Origin: Fidelibacterota bacterium | GTDB lineage: Bacteria > Fidelibacterota > Marinisomatia > Marinisomatales > UBA1611 | Direction of reading: 5' to 3' | NCBI GenBank assembly: GCA_018649625.1 | Contig: JABIHN010000012.1 | Span: 10,782-74,781 of the forward strand | Length of the DNA stretch: 64,000 nucleotides | Shown: one piece after another, positions 1-10,490 of the stretch | How the letters are laid out: the number at the start of each line of letters is the position of its first letter | Numbering within the stretch: position 1 is the stretch's first letter | The notes under the pieces: model-generated | Databases searched by the model: none | Told to the model about the DNA's origin: nothing | What the model saw: only the letters and a program-made list of their open reading frames with translations | Program-made: the position numbers and the translations under genes

Positions 1-851
1 CTGTTTTTAGAGAAACCTATCAAAATATTGAAGAAATTCAATCTCGCATTGCATCGGAACAAAGAGATCGTGAACAAATCCTTGAAGAATTAAAAAATTC
101 TGAATTAGAAGCATCGGAAACAAATCAGCGAATAAAATTAATTGAAGAACGAATTCGTGATCGATATAATAAAAAGATCGCAACCGAATTAGTTGTGGAT
201 GAATCTGAAGATACGGTAGCAGTCGAAATTGATAAGGTTCAACGGAGTTTGGAAAATATTGGTCCAATTAACATGGCTGTTCAGGGTGAACATGATGAAG
301 AAAATGAACGATTGGAAATATTATCAACTCAAAGAGAAGATCTAATTGAAGCAGAAGAGAATCTTCGAGAGACAATTAGAAAAATTGATAAGGTTGCTAG
401 AAAAAGATTTCAAGAAACTTTTGATTTGATTAAGAAAAATTTTGAAAAATTATTTCAATTATTTTTTGAAGGTGGAACAGCAACATTAAAAATGATAGGT
501 GATCCAGATCCGTTAGAAGCGGATATTGGTATAGAAGCTCAGCCACCAGGTAAAAGGAATACTTCTTTACGCCTTTTGTCCAGTGGCGAAAAAGCATTAA
601 CAGCAATTTCACTTCTTTTTTCGATTTATCAAGTTAAACCTAGCCCTTATTGTATTTTAGATGAAGTAGATGCACCTTTGGATGATGTAAATATCCATAA
701 GTTTACAAAAGTACTTGCTAAATTTTCCGATGAAACTCAATTTATCATTGTTACACATAATAAATTAACGATGGAAATTGCTGATTATATGTATGGCGTT
801 ACTCAGGAGAAGAAGGGAGTTTCACAGCTTGTTTCTGTGAATTTTAATTAA
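1..851 (+). CDS. smc: chromosome segregation protein SMC, C-terminal part (5' end lies outside window)
   Basis: Frame 3 is open from the window edge. The upstream part is coiled-coil-like and E/K/R/L rich. The ABC signature and Walker B of the SMC head are present: 'LSSGEKALTAISLLFSIYQVKPSPYCILDEVDAPLDDVN'. Confidence 0.9.
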   Translation, partial: VFRETYQNIEEIQSRIASEQRDREQILEELKNSELEASETNQRIKLIEERIRDRYNKKIATELVVDESEDTVAVEIDKVQRSLENIGPINMAVQGEHDEENERLEILSTQREDLIEAEENLRETIRKIDKVARKRFQETFDLIKKNFEKLFQLFFEGGTATLKMIGDPDPLEADIGIEAQPPGKRNTSLRLLSSGEKALTAISLLFSIYQVKPSPYCILDEVDAPLDDVNIHKFTKVLAKFSDETQFIIVTHNKLTMEIADYMYGVTQEKKGVSQLVSVNFN

Positions 852-1007
852 TTTAATTTCAATTATTAATCGTATGATGAAGAATCAAAGTATTATGTAT
901 TATTTAATAAATTTAGTTTATAAATATATAAAAATTTTACATTCAAGCTTCTTGGATAAGAAACCAATTAGTTTGTAATTTACTAGGCTCTACACCTAAA
1001 TAAAATT

Positions 1008-1868
1008 ATGATAAAAAGTATGACAGGATTTGGTCGAGGCTCTTATGGGCAAGAGACCACTAAAATTAACGTTGAAATACGTACAGTAAATTCTCGGTTT
1101 CTTGAATTGAAATTACGAGGACTAAATTTAAATCCATCTCTAGAACATAAAATTCGAAAATTGCTTGAATCAACTCTTCAACGTGGAAATGTTCAAGTTC
1201 GATTCGAAATTAATTCAGGATCAGATTCGACAAAATTGAGTTTTAATAGAGAACGATTTGAAATTATTCAAGATGTCATTAAAAAGATACATGTAGATTA
1301 TGGACAACGTATGAGTTTGAGTGATATTATTTCGACAAATGATTTGCTAACTATAGATGAACCTGAAGAACTAAATCAGGGCGAGATTTATAAAGCAGTT
1401 GAAATTGCATTGAATCAAGTGTGCGAAATGCGTGAAAAAGAAGGGACGCAAATTCAAAAAGATATTTTAGAAAGAGTTGAAAAATTACAGGTAGCAATAA
1501 ACTCTGTGGGTGAAATTTCAGATAAGTATAGTTCTGAAAAACAAATTCAAATGCGTAAAAAGATTTCAGAATTATTAGATGGAGAAGCAATTGATGAAAA
1601 TCGATTAATTCAAGAAGTTGCTTTTTTATCAGAAAGAGCTGATGTCACTGAAGAAATAGTGCGATGTAAAAGTCACTTTTTTCAGTTATCATCCTACATG
1701 AGCCAAAATGAGCCAGTAGGAAAGCGGATTAATTTTCTTATTCAGGAAATCGGCCGTGAAGTAAACACAATTGGGTCAAAAAGCCCACAGACAGATGTAA
1801 CAAATCAGGTCATTGAAATAAAAGCTGAATTAGAAAAGATTAGAGAACAAGTTCAAAATATATTATAA
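1008..1868 (+). CDS. yicC: YicC-family stress-induced protein
   Basis: N-terminus 'MIKSMTGFGRG' and 'TVNSRFLE', C-terminal 'QEIGREVNTIGSKS'. Sits in the classic yicC-gmk-rpoZ order. Confidence 0.85.
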   Translation: MIKSMTGFGRGSYGQETTKINVEIRTVNSRFLELKLRGLNLNPSLEHKIRKLLESTLQRGNVQVRFEINSGSDSTKLSFNRERFEIIQDVIKKIHVDYGQRMSLSDIISTNDLLTIDEPEELNQGEIYKAVEIALNQVCEMREKEGTQIQKDILERVEKLQVAINSVGEISDKYSSEKQIQMRKKISELLDGEAIDENRLIQEVAFLSERADVTEEIVRCKSHFFQLSSYMSQNEPVGKRINFLIQEIGREVNTIGSKSPQTDVTNQVIEIKAELEKIREQVQNIL

Positions 1869-2443
1869 TGAAAAATTTGATTACTATTTCAGCTCCCTCG
1901 GGATCCGGAAAAACAACACTTTGTAAAGAATTACAAAAAGTGATGCCAGATATAGAATGGTCTGTTTCATATACAACTCGAGAGCAGAGGAGTATTGAAT
2001 CTAATGGAGAAGATTATAATTTTATTTCCCATGATGAATTCGAAAATTTAATTGTAGCAAAAGAATTAGCAGAATGGGAAAATGTACATGGGTATTATTA
2101 TGGAACCCAAAAAGTAATATTGGAAAATGCTATTAAGATGGATAAAATAGTTTTAATGGAATTGGATGTTAAAGGTTCGATTCGAATCAAAGAATTATAT
2201 CCAAAAAACTCTTTTTCAATTTTTATTATTCCGCCAAGCATTTCGCACCTACGTGAAAGATTGAGAAAACGTGGTACAGATTCTGCGAAAAGAATTGAAA
2301 TTCGATTACAAAGATTTCAGCAAGAGATGGGATACAAAGAAAAATTTGACCATATAATGATTAATGATAATCTAAATATGGCAACACTAGAATTAATAAA
2401 AGTCGTTAATGAACAAAAAGAAGGAGTCTTAAATGGGTCTTAA
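1868..2443 (+). CDS. gmk: guanylate kinase
   Basis: P-loop 'SAPSGSGKTTL', 'SYTTREQR', 'GYYYGT'. ATGA overlap with yicC. Confidence 0.9.
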   Translation: MKNLITISAPSGSGKTTLCKELQKVMPDIEWSVSYTTREQRSIESNGEDYNFISHDEFENLIVAKELAEWENVHGYYYGTQKVILENAIKMDKIVLMELDVKGSIRIKELYPKNSFSIFIIPPSISHLRERLRKRGTDSAKRIEIRLQRFQQEMGYKEKFDHIMINDNLNMATLELIKVVNEQKEGVLNGS

Positions 2444-2708
2444 AACAATACCTTTCCGTGAAGTAGAAGATCGTGCTGAAAATATGTACGAAGCCGTAGC
2501 TGCTATGTTTGGTCAAGCTCGGAGTGAACTAGAAGATCGAATCTTAAATAGAAAAATTCTAGATCATCAAAACGATGAATTAGATGTATTTGATGAAATC
2601 GAAGAACCATCCCCTGAATCCTATGAAGAAAAAGAGAAAGTGACCACTGTGGCCATAGATAAATTTCTTAAGGGTGAAGTTGTTTGGAGAAAAAGCAACA
2701 CAATCTAA
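2433..2708 (+). CDS. rpoZ: DNA-directed RNA polymerase subunit omega (Bacteroidetes-type)
   Basis: Position immediately after gmk. 'NMYEAVAAMFGQARSE' resembles the omega core helix. The C-terminal 'AIDKFLKGEVVWR' resembles the Bacteroidetes omega tail. Confidence 0.65.
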   Translation: MGLKTIPFREVEDRAENMYEAVAAMFGQARSELEDRILNRKILDHQNDELDVFDEIEEPSPESYEEKEKVTTVAIDKFLKGEVVWRKSNTI

Positions 2709-2711
2709 ATT

Positions 2712-3383
2712 GTGTCATCTAGAGATGCAATTCACCAATATTTCCAACAACATCAGGTGTTGTATGGTAATGAATTGTATCTCACCCCTAAATCTGAATC
2801 TAATTCAGAAAAGATTAAAATTGAATCAGCTCGTGAATTAGATGACTTTTGTAACTCGATAAAAGAATGTCAAAGTTGCTCTTTAGGGCAAACCAGAACT
2901 AATTTTGTTTTTGGTATTGGGGATCCAAATGCCGATTTAATGTTGGTGGGTGAAGCTCCAGACGAAAAAGATGAGTTAAGTGGCGAGCCTTTTGTTGGGC
3001 GTGTAGGGAGAATCTTAAATAAGATTCTTATTGCCATAGACAAAAATCGGAGTGATGGAGTTTATATTGTTAATGTTTTAAAATGTAGGACACCAAACAA
3101 TAGAGATCCACTACCATCAGAAGTCGAGCAATGTGAACCTTTTCTGATAAAACAAATCAATTATATAAAACCAAAGTTGATTGTAGCATTAGGTCGTTTT
3201 GCGGGGAAAACATTATTAAAATTAGATGTTCCTTTAAATGAAATGAGAGATAAAACTCATGAATATCTCGATATTCCATTAAGAGTTACTTATCATCCTG
3301 CAGCCTTATTGAAAAACTCTAATTTTAAAAAACATGCATGGGAAGATTTTCAATGGATACGAGATTATTTAAAAAACAATTAA
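2712..3383 (+). CDS. uracil-DNA glycosylase, family 4
   Basis: GTG start. 'CQSCSL' Fe-S cysteines, 'LMLVGEAPDEKDELSGEPFVGRVGRILNKIL', 'VLKCRTPNNRDP', 'YHPAALL'. Confidence 0.85.
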   Translation: MSSRDAIHQYFQQHQVLYGNELYLTPKSESNSEKIKIESARELDDFCNSIKECQSCSLGQTRTNFVFGIGDPNADLMLVGEAPDEKDELSGEPFVGRVGRILNKILIAIDKNRSDGVYIVNVLKCRTPNNRDPLPSEVEQCEPFLIKQINYIKPKLIVALGRFAGKTLLKLDVPLNEMRDKTHEYLDIPLRVTYHPAALLKNSNFKKHAWEDFQWIRDYLKNN

Positions 3384-3398
3384 AAGATACCTACAAAC

Positions 3399-4748
3399 AT
3401 GACTGAAGATAAAAATCAAATTCTAAATGTTCAGCCTCATTCAGATGAAGCTGAAGTTGCTGTTCTTGGCTCTATGTTGGCATCTAAAGATGCAGTCAGT
3501 ACAAGCTTTCAATGGCTCACACCAGATCATTTTTATAAGCCCGGTAATGGAAAAATATTTTCAGTCATGCAAAAATTATTTGATTTGGGTGATCCAATTG
3601 ATACAGTATCTGTAATAGATCTTCTGAAAAAAAATAAAGATTTAAAATCGGTTGGTGGTGCTTATTACGTAACTGGATTGGTAGAATCAGTGCCTACTGC
3701 TGCCCATGCTGAAAGATATTCGAAAATTGTCCTCGAAAAAGCATTATTGAGAAGATTGATTGAATTGTCTCATAACATTGCCAAAGAAGCATACGATGAT
3801 AGTCAGGAAGTTGGCGAAATTTTGGATAAAGTTGAACAATCTATATTTAGTATTACCCAAAATAGAATTAAGAAAGGATTTGTTCATATAGACCCAATTC
3901 TTGTTGAAGCATTTGAACGGTTAGAAAAAATCAGTGAAAACAAAGGGGCTGTTATTGGAGTGCCATCAGGTCTTTTAGATTTAGATGATATTACATCTGG
4001 TTTTCAAAATGGTGATTTAGTTATTATTGCTGGGCGCCCTGGGATGGGAAAGACTGCTTTAGCATTATCCATGTTACGTAATGCTGCGTTAGAAGGGAAT
4101 GTTGGTGTCGGTATGTTTAGTCTTGAGATGGCAAATCACCAGTTGGCCATGCGACTATTATGCGCTGAAGCTCGAGTAGATAGTCATTTTGTAAGAACTG
4201 GAAATCTCCCTAAAACTCATTGGAAAAATTTAAGTATTGCTGTGGGGTCTTTAGCCGAAGCACCAATTTATTTAGATGATACGCCTGCATTAACGGTATT
4301 AGAATTAAGAGCAAAAGCGCGTAGGCTAAAGGCTAAAAATAATATTGGGATGATTGTTATTGATTATCTCCAGCTTATGGACGGTCCGAAGGGCGTTGAA
4401 AGTCGTCAACAAGAAATATCCATTATTTCAAGATCATTAAAAGGATTAGCAAAAGAATTAGATATTCCTGTGATTGCCCTATCTCAATTATCTCGAGCTG
4501 TCGAACAAAGGGCGGATAAGCAACCACAACTATCGGACCTTCGAGAAAGTGGAGCTATTGAACAAGATGCTGATGTAGTAATTTTTCTTTATCGGCCGTG
4601 GGTTTATAGCCAAGAAGATGAAGACGAAGGAAAAGCGAAAATCATTATTGCAAAACAAAGAAATGGTCCTACGGGGGCCGTTGAAGCTTCATTTATTAGC
4701 AAATACGCTCGATTTGAAAATTTATCCCATTCTGAAACACCATTTTAA
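3399..4748 (+). CDS. dnaB: replicative DNA helicase DnaB
   Basis: N-terminal 'PHSDEAEVAVLGSML', Walker A 'GRPGMGKTALAL', 'IDYLQLM', 'SQLSRAVEQR', 'IIAKQRNGPTG'. Normal length, no intein. Confidence 0.95.
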   Translation: MTEDKNQILNVQPHSDEAEVAVLGSMLASKDAVSTSFQWLTPDHFYKPGNGKIFSVMQKLFDLGDPIDTVSVIDLLKKNKDLKSVGGAYYVTGLVESVPTAAHAERYSKIVLEKALLRRLIELSHNIAKEAYDDSQEVGEILDKVEQSIFSITQNRIKKGFVHIDPILVEAFERLEKISENKGAVIGVPSGLLDLDDITSGFQNGDLVIIAGRPGMGKTALALSMLRNAALEGNVGVGMFSLEMANHQLAMRLLCAEARVDSHFVRTGNLPKTHWKNLSIAVGSLAEAPIYLDDTPALTVLELRAKARRLKAKNNIGMIVIDYLQLMDGPKGVESRQQEISIISRSLKGLAKELDIPVIALSQLSRAVEQRADKQPQLSDLRESGAIEQDADVVIFLYRPWVYSQEDEDEGKAKIIIAKQRNGPTGAVEASFISKYARFENLSHSETPF

Positions 4749-6937
4749 TGGACAACCCCCTTTCAAGATTAGTTCCTAACTTATTCGGGGAATATCCAAA
4801 CTCATTTATAAAACTTGTTGACATTGTTTCAGCAAACTCTGATTTAGAAAGAGAAGAACTCACTCCACTTCTTTGGAAGGCATATGAATTTGGAGATATT
4901 CATCATGAAGGGCAAAAACGTAGATCCGGAAAGCCCTATTACTCTCATTGCGTGTCCGTTGCTCAAAAGTTAGCATCTTGGAAAATGGACACAACGACCA
5001 TTATTGCTGGTTTGTTGCATGATACGGTTGAAGATACAGATGTAACTGTTGATATGCTACGCAATGAATTTGGAGATGACCTTGCAAATCTAGTCGATGG
5101 TGTTACTAAACTCGGGGGTATACAGTTTTCATCTCGAAAGGAAAAACAGGCAGGGAATTTCATGAAAATGCTCCTGTCTGTTGCCAAAGACCTACGTGTA
5201 GTTATTATTAAGTTTGCAGATCGACTTCATAATATGGAAACTATTAAGTATATGCCGAAAATAAAGCAGCATCGAATTGCTGTTGAAACGAGAGATGTTT
5301 ATGTTCCTTTGGCCCATCGATTAGGAATGTTTTCAGTAAAAGCACAATTAGAAGACATTGTATTTAGTATTTTAAATCCTAAGGCATATAAAGATTTGAG
5401 TTCTAAAATAAAATCATCCAAAAAACAAAGAGATATATTTATAAACGGATTCATTGGCCCCGTAGATAAAGAATTGAAAAATTATAACATTTCACCTAAA
5501 GTATTTGGCCGATCAAAATCCTATGCATCAATTCATGGGAAAATGATTAAACGCGATACAACATTTGAAGAAATATATGATTTATATGCAATCCGAATAA
5601 TTGTAGATAAAATCGAACAGTGTTATTTAGCATTGGGTATAGTTCATAGTCTTTACAATCCAATTCAGGGTCGTTTTAAAGATTTTATTGCAAACCCAAA
5701 ATCAAATGGGTACCAGTCGGTTCACACAACTGTTGTAGATCCTAAAGGGAAAAAAATAGAGATCCAAATTCGTACAACTGAAATGGATGAAACCGCAGAA
5801 ATTGGTGTTGCTAAACACTGGGTATATAAAGGAAATAAATCATCAGATGTTGATAAAAATGTAAAGTGGCTTCGTGAATTATTGGAAATTCTTCAAAATG
5901 AGTCTGCGGACCCTAAAGAATTTATGGATTTATTAAAAATTGACCTTTATAAAGAAGAAATTTTTGTATTCACTCCTGCAGGAGATTTGATTCAATTGCC
6001 TATCGGTTCATCACCTGTAGATTTTGCTTTTCAAGTTCATACTCAAGTTGGGATGCATTGTATGGGAGCAAAAATAAATCATTCTGTTGTCCCATTAAAT
6101 ACAAAATTGACCAATGGGGATATGGTTGAAATTATTACCAGTAAAAAACAAATGCCTAGTTATGGTTGGCAAAAATTTATTGTAACATCCAAGGCTCGAA
6201 ACCAAATTAATCGTTATTTGAAAAAAATACAGGACGAGGAGAGCGTTAAGCTTGGAGAAGAGATGTTAACTAAAACGCTTCGTCGAATGAAGATGCTAAA
6301 AGATATTGAAGAATTTAGAGACAATTTTCATCGATTTGGGTATTCGGATAAAAATGCATTATTAAAAGCTATCGGTTCTGGCGTAATTACTATTAGAGAC
6401 ATGCTCCTTAAATTGCGTCCACAAGAAGAAGATATTCATAAAAGTACTGAAGAAGAAGAGTCTTCGAAGTTCTTTGATTTTGCAAGATCAAAATCAAAAG
6501 GAATAATATTAGATGGAATAGACAATCTGATGGTGAATTTCGGGAAATGTTGTAATCCAATACCCGGTGATGAATTAATTGGATTTATTACACGAGGACG
6601 TGGTATAACTGTCCACCAAAGTGCTTGTAAGAGTCTCCCTTTATTGAGTCATGAATCAGATCGATTAATTACTGTGGAATGGAATGTGAAATCATCTGAT
6701 AATTTTGATGTTCGTCTAAGGGTTGTTGGCCAAGATTATAAAGGCGCATTAAAAGATATGTCTGAGTGTATTTCAAAGCAAAATGTAAATATCGCCAGTG
6801 TGGATATCACGGTAAAAGAATCAGTCTCGATTGCGCATTTTATTGTTCAGGTTAATAACAATAGACAGCTTAATCGGCTCATCAGAAAAATGACAAAATT
6901 AAAAAATATAGATTACGTAGAAAGAGCAGGCAGATAA
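4748..6937 (+). CDS. rel: bifunctional (p)ppGpp synthetase/hydrolase RelA/SpoT family
   Basis: HD hydrolase motifs 'HHEGQKRRSGKPYYSHC' and 'LLHDTVEDT'. Synthetase 'YQSVHTTV'. TGS 'VFTPAGD'. C-terminal ACT-like region. Confidence 0.95.
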   Translation: MDNPLSRLVPNLFGEYPNSFIKLVDIVSANSDLEREELTPLLWKAYEFGDIHHEGQKRRSGKPYYSHCVSVAQKLASWKMDTTTIIAGLLHDTVEDTDVTVDMLRNEFGDDLANLVDGVTKLGGIQFSSRKEKQAGNFMKMLLSVAKDLRVVIIKFADRLHNMETIKYMPKIKQHRIAVETRDVYVPLAHRLGMFSVKAQLEDIVFSILNPKAYKDLSSKIKSSKKQRDIFINGFIGPVDKELKNYNISPKVFGRSKSYASIHGKMIKRDTTFEEIYDLYAIRIIVDKIEQCYLALGIVHSLYNPIQGRFKDFIANPKSNGYQSVHTTVVDPKGKKIEIQIRTTEMDETAEIGVAKHWVYKGNKSSDVDKNVKWLRELLEILQNESADPKEFMDLLKIDLYKEEIFVFTPAGDLIQLPIGSSPVDFAFQVHTQVGMHCMGAKINHSVVPLNTKLTNGDMVEIITSKKQMPSYGWQKFIVTSKARNQINRYLKKIQDEESVKLGEEMLTKTLRRMKMLKDIEEFRDNFHRFGYSDKNALLKAIGSGVITIRDMLLKLRPQEEDIHKSTEEEESSKFFDFARSKSKGIILDGIDNLMVNFGKCCNPIPGDELIGFITRGRGITVHQSACKSLPLLSHESDRLITVEWNVKSSDNFDVRLRVVGQDYKGALKDMSECISKQNVNIASVDITVKESVSIAHFIVQVNNNRQLNRLIRKMTKLKNIDYVERAGR

Positions 6938-7245
6938 TGGGAATAAAAACTTTTACAAAAAAAGATATTGTTATGAAAATAGCAGAACGAAGAGAATTGA
7001 GTATCCATTCTTCTAAAACACTTGTGGATGATTTTTTTGAAATTATGAGAGATTTTCTTATGGATGAGAGTCCGTATACTCGAATTGAAATTAGGAATTT
7101 TGGTGTATTTGAATCCAAACCCACAAAAGCTAAACCTCGAGCACGAAATCCAAAAACTAATGAAGAGATTTTTGTCCCCCCCCATAAAAAAACACGATTT
7201 AAGCCAGGGAAAATTTTGAAAGAGTATCTCCGGAAACCAGTCTAA
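6937..7245 (+). CDS. HU/IHF-family DNA-binding protein
   Basis: 102 aa. 'RIEIRNFGVFESK...ARNPKTNEEIFVPPHKKTRFKPGKILKE' is the beta-arm signature of the HU/IHF fold. I cannot say which subtype. Confidence 0.8.
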   Translation: MGIKTFTKKDIVMKIAERRELSIHSSKTLVDDFFEIMRDFLMDESPYTRIEIRNFGVFESKPTKAKPRARNPKTNEEIFVPPHKKTRFKPGKILKEYLRKPV

Positions 7246-7249
7246 ATAT

Positions 7250-7663
7250 ATGGGACGATTTCTAGGAGTAGACTATGGTGACAGTCGTATCGGTTTGGCA
7301 TTATCGGATCCACTTAAAATAATAGCATCTCCCTTTAAAACTATTCGTAATAAAGGAGAAGAAAAATGTATTCAAGAATTCCAGAGCTTAATAGAAGAGA
7401 ATGAAGTCGAATTAATTGTAGTGGGGTTACCTATTGGAATGAAAGGACAAGATACAACTCAAACAGAAAAAGTAAGAAAATTTGCCGATTTAATTACTCA
7501 ACTCAACCTACCTGTTCATTTAGAAGATGAACGTCTTTCATCGGTGAGTGCCCAAAAGTCCATGATTCTTCAAAATATTAAAACTGGGCATAACAAAGGT
7601 ATGATTGACGAACGTGCTGCAGCTATCCTATTGCAGCAATTTATAGATAAACGGAATCGATGA
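7250..7663 (+). CDS. ruvX: Holliday junction resolvase-like nuclease RuvX (YqgF)
   Basis: 'FLGVDYGDSRIGLALSD', 'LIVVGLPIGMKG', 'DERLSSVSA', 'DERAAAILLQ'. Confidence 0.9.
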   Translation: MGRFLGVDYGDSRIGLALSDPLKIIASPFKTIRNKGEEKCIQEFQSLIEENEVELIVVGLPIGMKGQDTTQTEKVRKFADLITQLNLPVHLEDERLSSVSAQKSMILQNIKTGHNKGMIDERAAAILLQQFIDKRNR

Positions 7664-9150
7664 GTTTTATAGGTGGACGCTCTGCTTGGCAATATGCCAT
7701 TATAAGCGGACTTATTACAGGAATTGCCTATCAACCTTGGCATCTAGGCTTTTTAGCTTGGTTTGGCCTTATTCCCCTTCTTCATGTTTGGGTAACTCAT
7801 GATGCAAAAGAGAATGCTCGATTTGGGTATTTGTTTGGAATTACCCACAACTTTATCGCATTTTATTGGATTGGATTTAATTCAGGTGCAAGTTTTGGAG
7901 TTGTGCTCTTATCTTTAATTGCAGCGGTATTTTATCTTGGCATTTATTGGGCAGCTGCAGGATGGGTAATTGGAAATATAAAATTTATTGGAAAGAGACT
8001 CGCTCTTTTTCCATTTCTTATTGTGTCTATGGAATGGATTAGAAGCTTTGGTCCTTTAGGATTTCCATGGGGAAATATAGTTTTATCTCAAATGGATTAT
8101 TTGCAATTAATCCAATTAATGGAATTCGCAGGAAGCTATGGTGTAACGTTATGGGTTATCACACTCAATGTCATACTTTATATATTATATTTAAACTTTA
8201 ATTCAAATAAAAAAATAGGAATAATCGTTGGAATATTCTTGGTAGGTCTTTGGTTTGTTGGAAATTCAAGAATAAAAGAATTCTATAATTCTAATGAAAA
8301 AATGAGCGTTGCAATTCTTCAACCGAATATTGATCCGAATGCGAAATGGGATTTTAGTAAGAAAAAAGAAACCATTGCTTATATGGATTCACTTCATTCA
8401 ATTGCTATTAAGCTCAATCCTGACTTTATTATATTTCCAGAAACAGCATTACCTTCATATTTAACCCTAGACGGGCGTGTTCGTAATATGATTCAAACGA
8501 AAGTAGATTCATCCAAAATTCCTGTATTAACGGGAACTGTTGATCGAGTTATATCTGGAAATGGGGATAAGCAATATTTTAATAGCACAATGTTTTTAAC
8601 GCCGAATCATAAATATATTTTATATAATAAATTACACCTTGTTCCTTTTGCTGAGTATATACCTTTATCTGGTCAGTTCCCGTCATTGAAAAATTTGAAT
8701 TTTGGACAAGGGAACTTTAGTCATGGTACTGAGTACACCGTATTTAAATGGAAAAATACTAAATTTTCCAATTTAATTTGCTATGAATCTAGTATCCCGA
8801 AAATTGTAAGAAAATTTATTCAAAATGGTGCAAATTTGATTACAATACAGACCAATGATGGTTGGCTTGGAAAATCGGCAGGGCCATACCAACATTATGA
8901 TATTGCGAAAATACGCGCTATAGAGAATCGTGTGCCAGTGATTCGATCGGCTAATACGGGAATTTCAGGACTTATACTTGCGAATGGTATTTCTATCAAT
9001 GAGCAACCTGTGGGTAAAACGGCCGTTTTTACAGTTTCAGTTCCTATCGGTGAAGCAGGAAGTTTTTATAGTCAATATGGTGATGTTTTTGCCTTAATCT
9101 GTTTCGTAATTTTCCTACTACTTGGACCCCTTACATGCTTAAGAAAATAA
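7660..9150 (+). CDS. lnt: apolipoprotein N-acyltransferase
   Basis: N-terminal polytopic membrane domain plus C-terminal CN-hydrolase domain ('IIFPETAL', 'LVPFAEYIP', catalytic Cys context 'NLICYESS'). Confidence 0.9.
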   Translation: MSFIGGRSAWQYAIISGLITGIAYQPWHLGFLAWFGLIPLLHVWVTHDAKENARFGYLFGITHNFIAFYWIGFNSGASFGVVLLSLIAAVFYLGIYWAAAGWVIGNIKFIGKRLALFPFLIVSMEWIRSFGPLGFPWGNIVLSQMDYLQLIQLMEFAGSYGVTLWVITLNVILYILYLNFNSNKKIGIIVGIFLVGLWFVGNSRIKEFYNSNEKMSVAILQPNIDPNAKWDFSKKKETIAYMDSLHSIAIKLNPDFIIFPETALPSYLTLDGRVRNMIQTKVDSSKIPVLTGTVDRVISGNGDKQYFNSTMFLTPNHKYILYNKLHLVPFAEYIPLSGQFPSLKNLNFGQGNFSHGTEYTVFKWKNTKFSNLICYESSIPKIVRKFIQNGANLITIQTNDGWLGKSAGPYQHYDIAKIRAIENRVPVIRSANTGISGLILANGISINEQPVGKTAVFTVSVPIGEAGSFYSQYGDVFALICFVIFLLLGPLTCLRK

Positions 9151-9746
9151 TCATAAATCTTTTACTATCATCCGGAATACTATTCGGCGGCTCTTTCAAA
9201 CTTCATCCAATGGTAAAATCGGCTATTTTACCTGGTTGGGGAGAATCATCAATGCATAATTCAAAACGAGCTCGACTTTTTTTGCTTACCGAAATTTCAT
9301 TGTTAACAGCTTGGGTGAGTGCATATACAATATCAGGACATCAAGCGAATCAGTACCAGTCTTTTGCTGTAGAACATGCAGGGATAGACTCTCGGGGGAA
9401 AGATCATCAATATTGGGTCGATATCGGAAATTATTCATCGATGACAAACCATAATGATGAACATCTTCGATTTCGTGATTTTGAAAGTCTTTACAGCGAT
9501 ATTGATAATTGGAGTTGGGATTCAAATAAAAATCAATCTTCGTTTGAAAATAAACGAATAAAAAGCGACTTAATTGCTTTGACAGGGAAATTTATTATGG
9601 GTGGAATTGTAGTGAATCATATTTTGTCTGCCATTGATGCACTTTATTTGACTCGATTGGAAAAGATAGAATCAATGTCATTGGTTCCATTAATCTCTCC
9701 AGATGGTTCAACAGCATTAACACTGAAAATCAATTTTAATTATTAA
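9135..9746 (+). CDS. hypothetical membrane protein, DUF5683-like 'PGWGE' motif
   Basis: Signal/TM N-terminus, then 'SAILPGWGESSMHNSKRARLFLLTEISLLTAW'. This resembles the second PGxGQ protein at 31657. No function is recognisable. Confidence 0.4.
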   Translation: MLKKIIINLLLSSGILFGGSFKLHPMVKSAILPGWGESSMHNSKRARLFLLTEISLLTAWVSAYTISGHQANQYQSFAVEHAGIDSRGKDHQYWVDIGNYSSMTNHNDEHLRFRDFESLYSDIDNWSWDSNKNQSSFENKRIKSDLIALTGKFIMGGIVVNHILSAIDALYLTRLEKIESMSLVPLISPDGSTALTLKINFNY

Positions 9747-9755
9747 TTTTCTTCA

Positions 9756-10490
9756 ATGAAACTATTAGAAATTAACCCAATCACTCGACTTGGGCTTTTC
9801 CTTGCATTTTCTATTTCAACTCTTTTATCAACACATATTGGATTGTTAATATTTCATTGTATTGCAACGATATTTCTCTTATTTCAAGAACGAGACCATT
9901 GGACAGAATGGAAAAAGGTTACTCGCCCATTTTGGAGATATTTTCCTATAACTGGGTTAATATTTTTTTTTATTTCTTTTTTGGTCTCAAATCGTCCGAT
10001 TCCAATAATTATTATAGATATATTAATGGCAACAATCCGTTTAATTATTATGGTGAGTGTAATGACGATATACACGATACAATCTAAGACGCATGATATT
10101 ATTTTGGCGATAAGAAGTATTTGGTATGCCATGGGTTTTCAGTGGCGGTGGGTCGAAGATATCCTTTTATTTTTTGATATGACAATCAGATTTTTTCCAA
10201 GTTTTCAAGAAGATTGGATGCAATTGGAAAAATCTCAAAAATCCTTATCTGTCCTACCACCGAATACCTTAAAAGCAAAAGCGATTCAAGTGGCTCATTT
10301 TATTCCTGATTTTATAATATTAAATTTAAAAAAAGCTGAATCAATAACTCGTATGATGGAATTACGTGGATATGGAAAATCAATTCCAAGAAGCGTTTAT
10401 CCATATATTCAATTTTCTGGATTAGATTTTATATGTCTATTCATTTTCCCTTTAACTCTAATAGGAATTCATTCGATTGGGAAGATATAA
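9756..10490 (+). CDS. ecfT: energy-coupling factor (ECF) transporter transmembrane component EcfT/CbiQ family
   Basis: Polytopic, 244 aa. Coupling-helix-like motifs 'FDMTIRFFPSFQED' and 'ITRMMELRGYG' (the xRG motif). Sits directly upstream of truA, as in the Firmicute ecfA-ecfA'-ecfT-truA arrangement. Confidence 0.6.
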   Translation: MKLLEINPITRLGLFLAFSISTLLSTHIGLLIFHCIATIFLLFQERDHWTEWKKVTRPFWRYFPITGLIFFFISFLVSNRPIPIIIIDILMATIRLIIMVSVMTIYTIQSKTHDIILAIRSIWYAMGFQWRWVEDILLFFDMTIRFFPSFQEDWMQLEKSQKSLSVLPPNTLKAKAIQVAHFIPDFIILNLKKAESITRMMELRGYGKSIPRSVYPYIQFSGLDFICLFIFPLTLIGIHSIGKI

